Source: Albugo candida (lineage: Eukaryota). Taken from it: a stretch of DNA of 64,000 bases. Under the pieces are notes generated by a model. The model was given only the letters and a program-made list of their open reading frames with translations. It made no database searches and was not told the DNA's origin. The DNA is taken from contig JBDOQK010000003.1 in NCBI GenBank assembly GCA_040437565.1, positions 620,001-684,000 on the forward strand. The letters are read 5' to 3'. The position numbers and the translations under genes were made by a program. Below, one piece after another: positions 45,641 through 58,474 of the stretch (position 1 is the first letter of the stretch; every line of letters starts with the position of its first letter).

Positions 45641-48018
45641 TCTTAAAGCAAGAGCGGCAATTCCAAAGCAATCATCCCAAACGTTGCGACATCATAGCGA
45701 ACTCATTGATCACAACAAGCTATATAAGGCAAAAAGTCGGACCTCCGATCATGTCGTTATATCTCGTGGGGTTGTAAAGGCGCGCACAATTGTTCGAGAA
45801 CTACGATGATAAAAGATTCCAATGGTCACCATTTCTAGAGCTCAAGCGTTACTTCTTACTTTTCGAAGTATTGAGGGTAGTCAAGAACGAATGCAAACCA
45901 GGTAGAATCATGGGCATTCTTGGCTTCAGCTGAGCCAAATCAAGACGCCAATCTGCCAGCCATGCATTTAGAAATGGAAGTAAAACTAGCTTCTTCCTCA
46001 ACACAACCTTCACGTTCCCAATAACTTGAATATAGAAGAATGGTCAGTATGATGGAACAAGCTGTCCAACTTAGCGACCGATAAGCCAAATAGTCACTAG
46101 GGCACGTCAAATACCCAGTTTGGTATGCATTCGGTGCTGCAAAAGTTGATAAAGCGGGTTAAACTCGATTTGCTAACACGAACTACCACGAACATGAAAG
46201 AAGATGGAGTTCATCGTCGAGATGACCGTAAAGAAATCCCAGCGATGAAGTTGGTTGGGTGTTTTATGGACTTGAAAAATCAAATTGTGGAATTTCGTGA
46301 TGCAAAGTGCTGGTTATCGCTGACTCACGGTAAGAAAGAGAATTTCAGCGGAAATGAAGTTGAGGTTTTGGCAGTCAGGATTTCTGAGACGTTAAAGAAT
46401 AATCCTGGATCTTTTACCATGCTTTTAAATCACTCCCGCTCGACTGAGCCACTATCGAACAACTGGCTGCCACAAATTGAGAAACTATGTTGGACATCTC
46501 TTCGTGTCAAATAGCACCCATTACATCAAGCTGCATGAAGTGATCCACGAACGTCGACGAAGCTAATAGATTTCGAAAAAGGTTGTTTTATTTGCCGTTT
46601 ACGGCCGCTTCCCTGGGGACAATATCCTGGGCGATTTCAGCACAGCGCATTTATCTGCGGGGAGATGTATCTCTCGTCTTTGCCTCTCTTGGATCCTTTT
46701 TGTTCAAGTGGGGAATAGAGTCATCATAATTAGATCAGTCAGTTTTGTCGAGGCTAAATACATGTGTGATAGTGTATGGATATCGTCGACGCAACCTCGG
46801 GTAATATACACTGCATGACACGTGGTCCATTATTAGGCTATGTACAAAAAGGAGGAAGAAACGTTAACAGATTATGAGATCTGATAAACTTAGAGTTCAA
46901 GGTTGTGTCAGAATCAGATCGGATCCGATCATGAAAGGTCATTGAAGCTATTGTCCACGATCTGGAATAAAGTGAGTACACAAGAGTATTCAACAGCACG
47001 CTCAAAAATATCTCATTTATGTAGTAGTGTATATACCAAGTAGCCAAATCCCCTAACGCGTTTATCTCAGGAGCGTTGCTCTAAGGTCAGCAACAAGTAG
47101 CATGTACCATCCATGATGTGGGCAATTACTAAAGGCTTCCGGATTGCTGTCATTGTTTAAAGCTTGAGTCATGCACCTGCTTTGCCTATTCTAGTCCTAA
47201 TTGGTATTCCTTGTTTGACTGTGCCTATTTTCATTTCTTCTTCTGTTTATTCGTGAGATAAATTCTCATTGCTTTTTTCTGTTTGGGCAGAATCGAGCAA
47301 TCGATTATATGTATTATTTTGTTGCTTGTGAAACGTACTCGCTGCTCACGATAGATTCTTGGAGCCAATGTACTGGTAATATAGAGCTGTTCTGACCACA
47401 GTAAAGCAGGTGAGATACCTGCCCATCCGTTACCATCGTAAGCCAGGATGCGGGACTTACCGTACGATTTGGATGCTTATGAGACGGAAATTCTGTCATC
47501 TATGTCAGTTTTAATCATCAAGTGCACTAGGAGTGTAAATGAGTGTTGTTTATGAAGGTGATAAGACTGAAGGAGTGTAAGAAGCTGCTGGGAGAAACAG
47601 AAATCTACTTTTTGTTCGTGGGTCTTTCTGGTAGTTGTATGGTAAGCTGATAAATTCCACCAATCTGTTATCAAGATATTCAAATTATCGTAAGTATTCA
47701 TCTTATCATACGGTGCTGATGTGATAGCACGCTCTGTATCGTTACACAAAGTTTTTGTATTGTTTTGCTAAGATCCACAGTACGGTATCCCAACATGATT
47801 GTCATGGTTTTCCGGTCTGCAATAAACGACCAAGTCAAGAGGTTCCATCTAGATCGAATGTTCTTGATATTAGACCAGGATAAGGAATGCAATCCAGGAG
47901 CTACTTGTTTACGATGAAGTTCAGATCGTATATGACTATTCGGTACCTGGTACCATTCTTCTGGCATGTATCCCGGACGCTCAATCTTTTTTATACGCTT
48001 ATGTTTCCTGACGTTATG

Positions 48019-48093
48019 TGCGTTTCACCTACCAAATTGTACAGCAAGCATCATGCGTTTCACCTACCAAATTGTACAGCAAGCATCATGCGT
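48019..48093. repeat. Perfect 35-bp tandem duplication
   Basis: TGCGTTTCACCTACCAAATTGTACAGCAAGCATCA twice plus TGCGT. Confidence 0.95.
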
Positions 48094-51000
48094 ATAACGT
48101 GAGCGCGATCAACAAGACCAATCGCCAAGATAATCCAATAATCCATATCATCTCAGACGGTAGACTCTTTCGGCTAACGCCCGGGCATTTATGTTCTGCA
48201 TGAAAAGAGTCTAGCATTCAGAACATTTATAACAATTGATGGCTCCCAAAGTTATGCGATCGCTTCTATTTGCCGACATACTTAATATGACGCTATGCTC
48301 TAGTCTGAAAAGTGTTTAATGCGTTTGTCTGACAGAGAGGTACATATAATTGAGGTCATTACGACACTTTGACGCATAAAATGACCTCGTGTCATATTGG
48401 TTCGCAACAACGGTTGTAATTTACTAACACTGCGCCTTCGTTTGCCATTCCGTCGTCCGATCTATCATCATAGTCTGCAAGCCGGCACCTGCGTCAGACG
48501 TAAGTTTGGAACAAAGCGCTACCCATCGCCAATATGGGCACAAAATGCTGCTTGAAGTCTGGTATTGTGTATATCCGTGAGTTGCTATATCACGCGACGA
48601 GACTATCAGTGACGCAGCGAGAAAATAGCCTCCGCATTAAAGCACGAAACCAGGTACAAATTATTCCCGATGCCTTGTTGATTTCCAATTTTCTTCCTTC
48701 AGCGAAAAAGAAGTAAATACGCCCGACTTGTAGCGGCATATGTACTCGAATACCAAAACGATCTCGCTGAGCATGCATTACCGACTCTGTCATTCCCACA
48801 GAGCTGGATGGTACAAGTCCCAACCCCTTTTCACAGTGCAATCGTGCGGATATTAGTCGTGTACGTTTACATCAAAAAGATCACAACGCGAGCACCTTAT
48901 CTTTTGCACCCAACGTTTCATTGTGTCTATGCAATTGCTTGTTTCATGTTTGATAGTGTACCCCTTCGTGCCCCCGTACTGCTGGAAAATTTGTAGCTAT
49001 AGCCTTCGCTCTCATTTTAAATTTCTCCGAGAACTTTGAACGATTGCACTAAAAGGCTATCTATACGCAGTTCCGTTTTCTCTGTTTTTGCGACTCCAGT
49101 CTCTCTCTTGTCTTCTTTCGAATCTGTAATTTTTATTACAAGCATGAATTCGACACTTGACTGCTCACTGGCAATAGATGGCATTCTACAAGAGGGATGG
49201 CGTCAGCTTTGTTGGATGATATACCGCAATATATCTGTATTCGACATAATTCTCTGGATGCAGTTTTGAGCGCTGTGGGAGCAACATGCTTTCACAAATA
49301 TCTTGGTATGTGGAGACGGCTATCGGTCTTGCTTGGATGCCTTGCTTCCAAACGCCAGGTAAATTTCTGTACAAGTTACAAAACCTCTTCTTACCCGGTT
49401 AGAGAGACCAAAACGTCACTTTCTGGCAATTCGGAAAATTTTCTATGAATGCTGCTTAGCGTACTTTTCCAATTCCGTGTGTTTGCCGAAATGAACTGTC
49501 ACCGGATATTGTCGTGCATCGATGACCAGATTAAGCGGCTTCAGAAACATTTGTATCCTCCAAACTCATCCCATTCTTATAGTGTCAATGCTCGATACTG
49601 CTCCAGTTTTTCTAGCGCCAGTTTTGATCGAAAGGGAACGACACGACTCAGCAGTCTGATAAGAATATCTCTATTGATATTGTGTTCATGACCTTCGTCA
49701 AGAATGATAACGAAATTCTAACGTAGAAGAATCTCTGTCTTATTTCTTTCAAGAGAATACCGTCCGTCATCTAGTCGATGCGCGTTGAGCTTGAATCATA
49801 CCTAATTTGGCACCCAACGTGGCAGCCTAGCACATGACCAAAACCAGCATTTAGCTTATCTGCTACGCGTTTGGCTGTGCTAACAGGGGCAACTCGTCTT
49901 GGTTGTGTGACACCAACTCTTTTAAAGAAATTTGGGTGTCCAGGATGACCAAAGCCAGCTTCATAAAGAAATTATGGCATTTGCGTAGTTTCCCACCTTT
50001 CTGCTTCACCGTACGAAATGGCTACGTCGTTGTTGACCATAGCTTCCGTTGTTTGTTGCTCCGAACTACAAAGTGGGAGCTGCATATTTGCTATTTGCTT
50101 TCTCGGACTTCTATGAAGGTGAACACATGCTGGATTACTCTCCGACAACTGCTCGGTTGGAAAATAAATACAACTACTCAAATATTAGCTTCGAGATTAT
50201 AGCTATAAAGAATCCTTTACAAAAACTGAAAGATTCGGAATGATATTCACTTCGACATCTTCGTATGTGACGACACCACTAACATAAGCGATACTATATC
50301 ACTGATCTCAGCGCTCTGGGAACAAAGGATGCCACCATATCAAAGGAGACAACACAATTGCGTCAAAATACGAAACAAGTAAAAACAATGATGGGTCAGC
50401 GCGTACTGGTGAGAATTCGTACGGTTAGATCGAAGAGTACAAAGTAGAAATTGGTTCAACCATGCCAGACAAGCATGTAGAAGATGCTTACGTATTTACA
50501 ATGGATTGGCATGCTGGATACAATTCAATGGAAATTTAATGTTACAGTTTGGCTCGGAACATCCGGTTGCACTTCCAAGACTGCCAACAGTAAAATCAAG
50601 GCCAAAGATGCAAGAAAGGGTAAACTGGTGCAAATTCACACAACAAAGTCAACTTTCACGACACTGGTAAAATCTTCTCCAGAATCTAAAGGATTTCTGC
50701 AAAAGCTCTTCATGTTCGACGGACTATTCTTTGATGATGAATCCATTGTAGGCTTGAGTGATGCCGAAGGGGTCCAGCATTTTTTCAGGATCCTTTGATT
50801 TTGATACCGTTGGAAGCGCGTCATTCAACATCTACTGGAAAGAACATGCTATTCATTGTCAGAAGAAACGGATCTGAAGAAAAAAGCCTAACCATGAATA
50901 TGCAATCTGTTTCGTTTGGAAGTCGTTTTCAGCGACTACAGAGTTGCGTGTTGACCTCAACTCAGCTCTCGAACATCAGACTTTTGTCAGCGACTCGGAA

Positions 51001-51237
51001 ATTTTCCGCTTCCATCCATTGCGGGAAAAAGTAAACGGTGTTTTGTTTGATTCTTATTCGAACTATTTTTCTGGATCAACGCTCTGAGCAATCTACCGGT
51101 TCAATATGCATATTCGTACGCAGGTCACAAGACATTTGGACCTTCAGTAGATCACGACGCTATTGTTTCTGTAAATTTGACTAATTGAAAGCATGTTTGA
51201 TCAATTTTTCATGAAAAAGATAGTATCTTTTGATTTT

Positions 51238-52071
51238 GGGAGCCGCTATGGCCACAGACAAAACTACTACGGCCACACACAATTGATCTAACCAATCACA
51301 GCTCACAAAATTATATTGTTGCTAGTACGTCAGAACTGGCGAAGCAGCAAATGGAAGTTTTACCTTTCGCGCAGCCGACCCTACGTGGTGACATTTTTCA
51401 ACATATCAACCGGAAGATCGCATATTACACCCTTCGGAAAGTATTTGAACAGGTTAGTTTATAATATTCCTTTCTTCCTACGTGTTTTTCCAATCACTTG
51501 AGTTTCGCAATGACAGCTAGAAAAAGCTCCATGTCCAATGGCAACCGGCGCGAAGCCATGCTGTTCTACTAATACTACTAAATACTTTTAATTCTAAAAA
51601 ATAGAATTTATATCAACAAATAATAAATAATTTTTTGAAAAAAACGATTTTTTATTTTTTTCAACAGCAACAGAAAAAAACGTACCTACGCTAGAACAAT
51701 ACAACAAAAACAGCGTAAGAAACAGAATGAGCGAGTGTACAAAAGTAGACAAGTGACCTGATTGGCTAGCGTACTTAGCAACAATTAAATTTTGTGAGCT
51801 NNNNNNNNNNNNNNNNNNNNNNNNNNNNNNNNNNNNNNNNNNNNNNNNNNNNNNNNNNNNNNNNNNNNNNNNNNNNNNNNNNNNNNNNNNNNNNNNNNNN
51901 CAGAAAAAAACGTACCTACGCTAGAACAATACAACAAAAACAGCGTAAGAAACAGAATGAGCGAGTGTACAAAAGTAGACAAGTGACCTGATTGGCTAGC
52001 GTACTTAGCAACAATTAAATTTTGTGAGCTGTGATTGGTTAGATCAATTGTCTGTGGCCATAGCGGCTCCC
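51238..52071. mobile_element. Non-autonomous Mutator-like DNA transposon (MITE), ~604 bp after removing the gap overlap
   Basis: TIR GGGAGCCGCTATGGCCACAGACAA..TTGATCTAACCAATCACAGCTCACAAAATT at left with its reverse complement at right. 9-bp TSD TTTGATTTT at 51229-51237 and 52072-52080. No transposase ORF. Confidence 0.88.
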
Positions 52072-52942
52072 TTTGATTTTTTGTAACTTGATGTATCGCA
52101 ACTTGCGTAGAGATATTCGTATTTTCCAGCTTTACGATAGCAACAACTAATTGCCTACTTAACCATTACACAATTTTAAGGAAAACGCCGATATCAGAAC
52201 CATGACCGCAAACTTCAACGTTTTCCAAGGTAACATCCACACTTCCATATTTTATCGATAATATCAAAATTGGTCAGCATATTGACTTATGGAGTCACAT
52301 CGCACTCGATCGAAAGTGTAGCGAGTGGATCAGGCTCAATGCTGCTTAGAGAGTCGTCGAGCGAAGGAGATGTTACGTGGATGGCTTCTTCCATCGCCAG
52401 CGCGATCATATTTAGTGCCAAAAGATCTTGAGAATTGTATGCCAAAGCCTTCAGCACCGAGTGAGTGACACAAACACTTAACAACCACCGAACTTACCGA
52501 ATGATAGCACTCAATCGCACGATCTAATGCGCCTTGGACGTGATACGTGAGCCCAAGAGATGCATAACTCGCCGCGTCCGGCGCAAGTGCGATCGCTTTG
52601 CCATAATATATCTCTGCTTCTTGATATTGTCTAAATGAAGCTATCAGCCATTCGCATGCTCACCGCCNNNNNNNNNNNNNNNNNNNNNNNNNNNNNNNNN
52701 NNNNNNNNNNNNNNNNNNNNNNNNNNNNNNNNNNNNNNNNNNNNNNNNNNNNNNNNNNNNNNNNNNNGATATTCGTATTTTCCAGCTTTACGATAGCAAC
52801 AACTAATTGCCTACTTAACCATTACACAATTTTAAGGAAAACGCCGATATCAGAACCATGACCGCAAACTTCAACGTTTTCCAAGGTAACATCCACACTT
52901 CCATATTTTATCGATAATATCAAAATTGGTCAGCATATTGAC

Positions 52943-55897
52943 TTATGGAGTCACATCGCACTCGATCGAAAGTGTAGCGAGTGGATCAGGCTCAATGCTG
53001 CTTAGAGAGTCGTCGAGCGAAGGAGATGTTACGTGGATGGCTTCTTCCATCGCCAGCGCGATCATATTTAGTGCCAAAAGATCTTGAGAATTGTATGCCA
53101 AAGCCTTCAGCACCGAGTGAGTGACACAAACACTTAACAACCACCGAACTTACCGAATGATAGCACTCAATCGCACGATCTAATGCGCCTTGGACGTGAT
53201 ACGTGAGCCCAAGAGATGCATAACTCGCCGCGTCCGGCGCAAGTGCGATCGCTTTGCCATAATATATCTCTGCTTCTTGATATTGTCTAAATGAAGCTAT
53301 CAGCCATTCGCATGCTCACCGCCACAAAACGCACCTAAGCTTTCGATACGCCGACGCGAGATTGAATAGTGTCACTGAAAACGTCTGCTTGCTGGCGGTA
53401 TTCGAGCACGCCTGTAGCGCCCCTTGTAATAATTCCACAGCTAGTGTGTAGTTTTTCTGCTTATAGTACACAACACCGAGTTCATTCAGCAAAAGTGGAT
53501 CGTTTCCTCGGATATTCGAGGCATCAAGAAGGCTCTGCAGTGCTTGATCGAGTTGATTGATACGTGAAAATTCGATTCCAATGCTCAATAACGGCATACA
53601 AGCTCCAAAAAGGATATTTCTCGCAGTGCGATAGCACGACATGGCTTGATCGCTTTCATCTTGCGATGCAAAAGAATGGCCAAAGGCGACCCATGCGATC
53701 GCAAAATCGCTATCCATAGTGATTGTCTTACTACAAGTGAATTAGAAACGATAATGTGGAAGGAGATCTTACGTACTGGAAATGACGCTGAGCAAGGTCG
53801 TGCTTGCCGATGAGAAAGTAGTAACAAGCCACAATGTACCAAGAAGCTGCTTTCTCCGGATATATATCCACCTATACACTCATTTAAGCGGCCTGTATAT
53901 GTCCATCTCGAGTGTACCATTTCGTGACTGTATTGAAACAAATCGCGTTTCTTCCCGAAATGCATAAGTATCGCGACAAATAATGGAACAATTTCTAGAT
54001 TGTAAGGATCATCGGCTTGAAGGCTGGTTCGAAAAAATTGATTGAATATGAGATATAAACTGATAGACTCAAAGTACCTTGTGCATAGTCTGTAGGCTGT
54101 GTTCATATCGTACTGGTCGTATGCTTTTTGTGCCTGCTTCCATTTCTGCAGAAGAGAATTGGAATCATGAAAGTAAGATTGCGGAATCGAACATATACGA
54201 GCTCATTATTGTCTTGTAATATTGCCAAATCGCTTGATTCCTATACACTTCGAATCAGCAAAATATATGAAGGAAGGTGCCGAGCTGAATACCTTGTGTG
54301 TATAGTTCCAATACAGAATCTGATTCGATTGGCGTTGTATAGAATCAACCTTGCTGAAGTCGATTTCTGCTAAGAGCTGTGCTTGTTCACCGCTATTTAG
54401 CATTTCATCATGAAAAAGTGCGCGAAAAGCTTCATATGATCCAGCATCATTTTGCAATGCGAAGTGATAGTACACAATGGCATTTCTACGGTTTCCGAGT
54501 GATCTCCAGGCTCGACCGATGAGAGTAGCAAGAACGGAGAGACTCGTGGATCCGATTGGAACTTGCGTTGAATCGCTTTGCATTTGGGTTTGAACCTCAT
54601 TTAGTGATATAGAAGGGAAGGTGGTTTTGAGTACTTCGAGGCATTCTTCAAACTGCTGGATAGCCAGCTACGTTTTATAACCGCGTGAGATAGATAGCTG
54701 ATATAAATCAAACGCATACGCTACCATGCACCGTGCATAAAGAATGGCCGAGTCCAATTGTAAGCTCGAGCATTGTATCGATGCGTTCATCAGTTTAAAT
54801 CTCTTGATGATGTGTAACGTTCGATGATACTCCGTGTTCAAAAAGCACGTTTTTGCCAGAACGAAGACATCTGCCGAGTTTTGACGCGACAAAGTGACCT
54901 AAAGTAATCAAGTCCAATCAGACTGATTCCAGGTCATTTTCTGAGAACCAACCAATTTGTCGGCGTAGAAGAAAGCCGACCGATACTCAAGTTTATCAAT
55001 ACAGGTATCCACTAGAGTTCGAAGACGATCCAAAGGCTTTGTTTCTGAACTATCATCGATCTGAATCTGATTCTGAGTACACGGCGATCGATGGGATCCA
55101 AGAATCCGACTCTTTTGACGTGATTTCTCCGTTGATGTCACTGCCTTTTCCATACGAAATGGTACCTTGGAAATAGCTTGTTCGTCACCTTTGTTGCTTA
55201 CTTTTTCGCTGGGAAATAGCCGCTGTGCCGTCCTCGACGCTCGAGACGTTCGGATTGGATCACCTGGACTGTTTCTAGCGCATTGATGTATTCTCTCAGA
55301 CTCGTGTGAGATGCTTTCCTCTTCGAGGAACGATCGCCAGCGTTTTCGTGCTCGTGGCTGCTTGACTGGAGCGCCATATAGGCGGCGTACATTGTGTGTA
55401 TTATTTCGCTTGGTGCTTGAATCCAATCGGGGGAGAAACCGCATCCGCAAGGCGGATACATCTTGGGATTGGGATACTGGCAGTGATGAGCTTGCTGGAG
55501 TGGTAGGAGAGGGAGTAGCAGCGGCACGTGCCGCCGAATTGGACGCTATGTCACTTGGATGACGAATGGTGGCGCGACTTGAGATTGATATCTCTCGGTT
55601 TTGATTTGGAACTAGTTACAGAAATAAGGATACCACGCTATAGGTCGGCATTTTTGTTATGAAAAATGCTAGAATAGCGTGTACACGCATCGTAGCCTTG
55701 GTAGTGTGTACTACCCAAAAGGCTNNNNNNNNNNNNNNNNNNNNNNNNNNNNNNNNNNNNNNNNNNNNNNNNNNNNNNNNNNNNNNNNNNNNNNNNNNNN
55801 NNNNNNNNNNNNNNNNNNNNNNNNGAAAAATGCTAGAATAGCGTGTACACGCATCGTAGCCTTGGTAGTGTGTACTACCCAAAAGGCTACCTTTCAT
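52943..55897 (-). CDS. CDC16: Anaphase-promoting complex subunit 6 (Cdc16), multi-exon TPR protein; start tentative
   Basis: SAFFYADKLV, DPYNLEIVP, SWYIVACYYF, AWVAFGHSFASQDESDQAMSCYRTA, DPLLLNELGVVYY, LFNLASAYRKL; partial duplicate 52112-52667 is gap-associated. Confidence 0.9.
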
Positions 55898-56315
55898 CAG
55901 ATTATATTACGGAGTAGGTCGAATGCATTGGTAGCAAACTTTTTATTAATGACTAACTATCGTTACTATCACCATCACCGGATTTCTTGTGCCTTCCACT
56001 GACAGTAGCGTCAACATTGACCTGACACATCACATCACATCAAATGAGGATCAAAATTATGACATTCCCTCCCTTATCTCTTGGCCCGTCAAGCTGTGGC
56101 GGGTCGCACGGATGAACTCGGAAGTGGACGACAGTTACAATGATCGTTCGGAAATCTTTCAGGTACCTGAGATCGGTTACACCATCTGCGTGTCGAAATT
56201 TCGACAAAAATCTGATCTATAAATCTGCGGTTACAACACTCTCAACCTTGTGATATGAGGGATCACTACGGGTCGTCACGTTCCGTTTGTATTTCCATGC
56301 GAGACTCGAGAACGA

Positions 56316-57008
56316 TCATGGGGCTGATGTTATTTCAAAACATTTGGTCGTGTAAATCCTCTTCGGATCGTCCACACTTGTGAACCGCAGATAATAATTC
56401 GACCCAGATTCCATTCCCCACGGTACTTTGTTGTATGTGTACTGACCACTATTGGAGATGCCACCAGTCACTAGTGTCGTGGCTTTACTTCCTAACTCCA
56501 TAATCAAAATTTGTACACGCTGGACCTTTGGGTCAACAACTTCCCATTCTATTTTGGCAGGTTGTCCTCGAACCCACGTGGCTTTACAGTTCGGTTCGAG
56601 CACGCGAACAAAAACCGCACCTTCTTGATGGTGACATTGAGGATACTGTGCACTATTTTTCTTCAGCTTGTGATTTTGTAATTGTATGGGAAATGTGATA
56701 CTATGACGTGACTGTAATTCGGAATAACTATCTTGACTTTCGCTACAGAACGTATGTCTGCGATCTTCTATGCATCTGGAGTGTACCAAGTTCAGAAAAG
56801 TAGCACTCGTGCTCGGGAACATTTTTCTTTTCACGAATGTTGGTCGAAAGTCAGAGTTGGTGGGATCGTTGCTTAAAGTCTGAGTCATTGCAGGGGCGAG
56901 ATGATTGTGTCGTATGCTCCACTTTGCTGAATGAGGAACAACTTCACAGATAGCAAAAACTGATCTAAAAAATTGACAGGAAAATTGCCTTGTGGCGTGC
57001 GTTATCAA
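56316..57008 (-). CDS. Hypothetical protein with a C-terminal Kre9-N/Ser-Thr-GPI-family-like Ig-fold domain
   Basis: VLEPNCKATWVRGQPAKIEW..ISNSGQYTYNKVPWGMESGSNYYLRF..YTTKCFEI; start codon uncertain. Confidence 0.55.
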   Translation of the reverse strand: MITHATRQFSCQFFRSVFAICEVVPHSAKWSIRHNHLAPAMTQTLSNDPTNSDFRPTFVKRKMFPSTSATFLNLVHSRCIEDRRHTFCSESQDSYSELQSRHSITFPIQLQNHKLKKNSAQYPQCHHQEGAVFVRVLEPNCKATWVRGQPAKIEWEVVDPKVQRVQILIMELGSKATTLVTGGISNSGQYTYNKVPWGMESGSNYYLRFTSVDDPKRIYTTKCFEITSAP

Positions 57009-58474
57009 AAGTAATTTTATAATCAGCGATTAATGCAGATTCATGCAAATTTGAAAATGACGTTCTCAGATTTAAGCAAGTTACATGTCTTCATATTGTG
57101 TAAGAAAATATTGCCCTTACCCTTTTGTACGTCGCTGACCACGTCAGTTTTTGCGGCTTGTTTTTCACAAATACATAATTTTCATTGCAGGTTAAGTTTA
57201 CAAGGTATGGTTTAGGGGTTAGGAGTTGATTTTTCATGATACATGATTTAATAGTGACGACAGTAACGGGTCTATTGACCAAAATGGCGCTATTGATGCG
57301 AAGTAGTAGCACCAAGATGGACGTCTTGAGTGGTACGAAAGGCGTCGATATATTTATATCGCGTTCCTTCACAAGCGGCTAATAGTTCTGTGGGACAAGC
57401 ACACTTTCGTACATACGCGAATACTTGGTGCTTTGGCGAACCAAATCGAATGCGCGTTGCACTTTTGGTAATTTGGGTGAAAAATTTAATTTACCGCAGT
57501 TTCCACATTCTTCATGCTCAGGGCGCGTTTACATTCTGTCGTACGAAAGCGTAAACAAAATCGTCACCACGTTAACAGGCACGCACTCAACAACTTATTT
57601 TAAATATTGACTAGAATGCGCGCTTACAATTATAGAAAGAAACCAAAGTCACTGACTCGCTGCGGCCAACAACGCGATCAAATGCGATTGCGTCATATAT
57701 GATCGGAAATGTACTTTCGTGTAAACGTTTCGAGCATTGTCAAAGTTTATAAATTATTAATAAAACTCAGAGGCGAGGAGCTCCCAAAAAAACGCAGGGA
57801 CCCCATGTGAATGCCCTAACGCATTGGTACTCGGCACATCTCTCGGCTAATCATCTCCAGAAGATTGCATCTGAATGGAGAAAGAAGGCTCCAATGTCCG
57901 GTGAGATTTCACCGTATCGAACAACTTACGGCTGATCCTTGTAATGATGTGCTTATTCATCATGTCTCTAAACGGCATCTTGTAATCTTTGAAACGGAGG
58001 GAAGCGTACAGACGTTGGATATTTAGTGACGAGCAATGTATTCTGACTATCGATTGGGCTCTGTGTAGAGTGAGAGTGTAAAAGCCTTGCGCTTCGCTGA
58101 TGCATGTCTACGTTTGTGCATGTTCATCCCTAGCAATGAACATCTCAATCTTATACATGTTCAAGGGCAAGAGCATATTTATGTTCCTCTAGCAAGGATC
58201 AGGTCGCTTCATGACGAGGCACGAGGTTGAAGCGCGTCCTCGATTCCAATTTCACGGTTCCAATTGGTGTACACACTCAAATTCTTCATCACATAAGGGA
58301 AAGTCTGAGTCAACATTAATTTGGCCAGGTCAGATTGGATTTCCGCAAATACCAACGAGTAAAGTAGCACTTATACCTCTTTTTCTGATTGGCGCGTTAA
58401 AAACGTACAAGTCGTTACGGTTGATTCGGCCGGGCCGAGCGGAATTCGCTCAGATTGTGTCCAATTTGTAAAGG

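Noticed and set aside
46125..46560. LTR-retrotransposon pol fragments (minus-strand FMQLDVMGA, FLYGHLDDE) or a 129-aa plus-strand gene
   Set aside because: Motifs are short, separated and broken by stops; no LTRs or PBS seen; insufficient support
57780..58000. Possible Pol III ncRNA ending in T7 on the minus strand (RNase P/MRP-like)
   Set aside because: Could not find the conserved CR-I/CR-V pseudoknot pair
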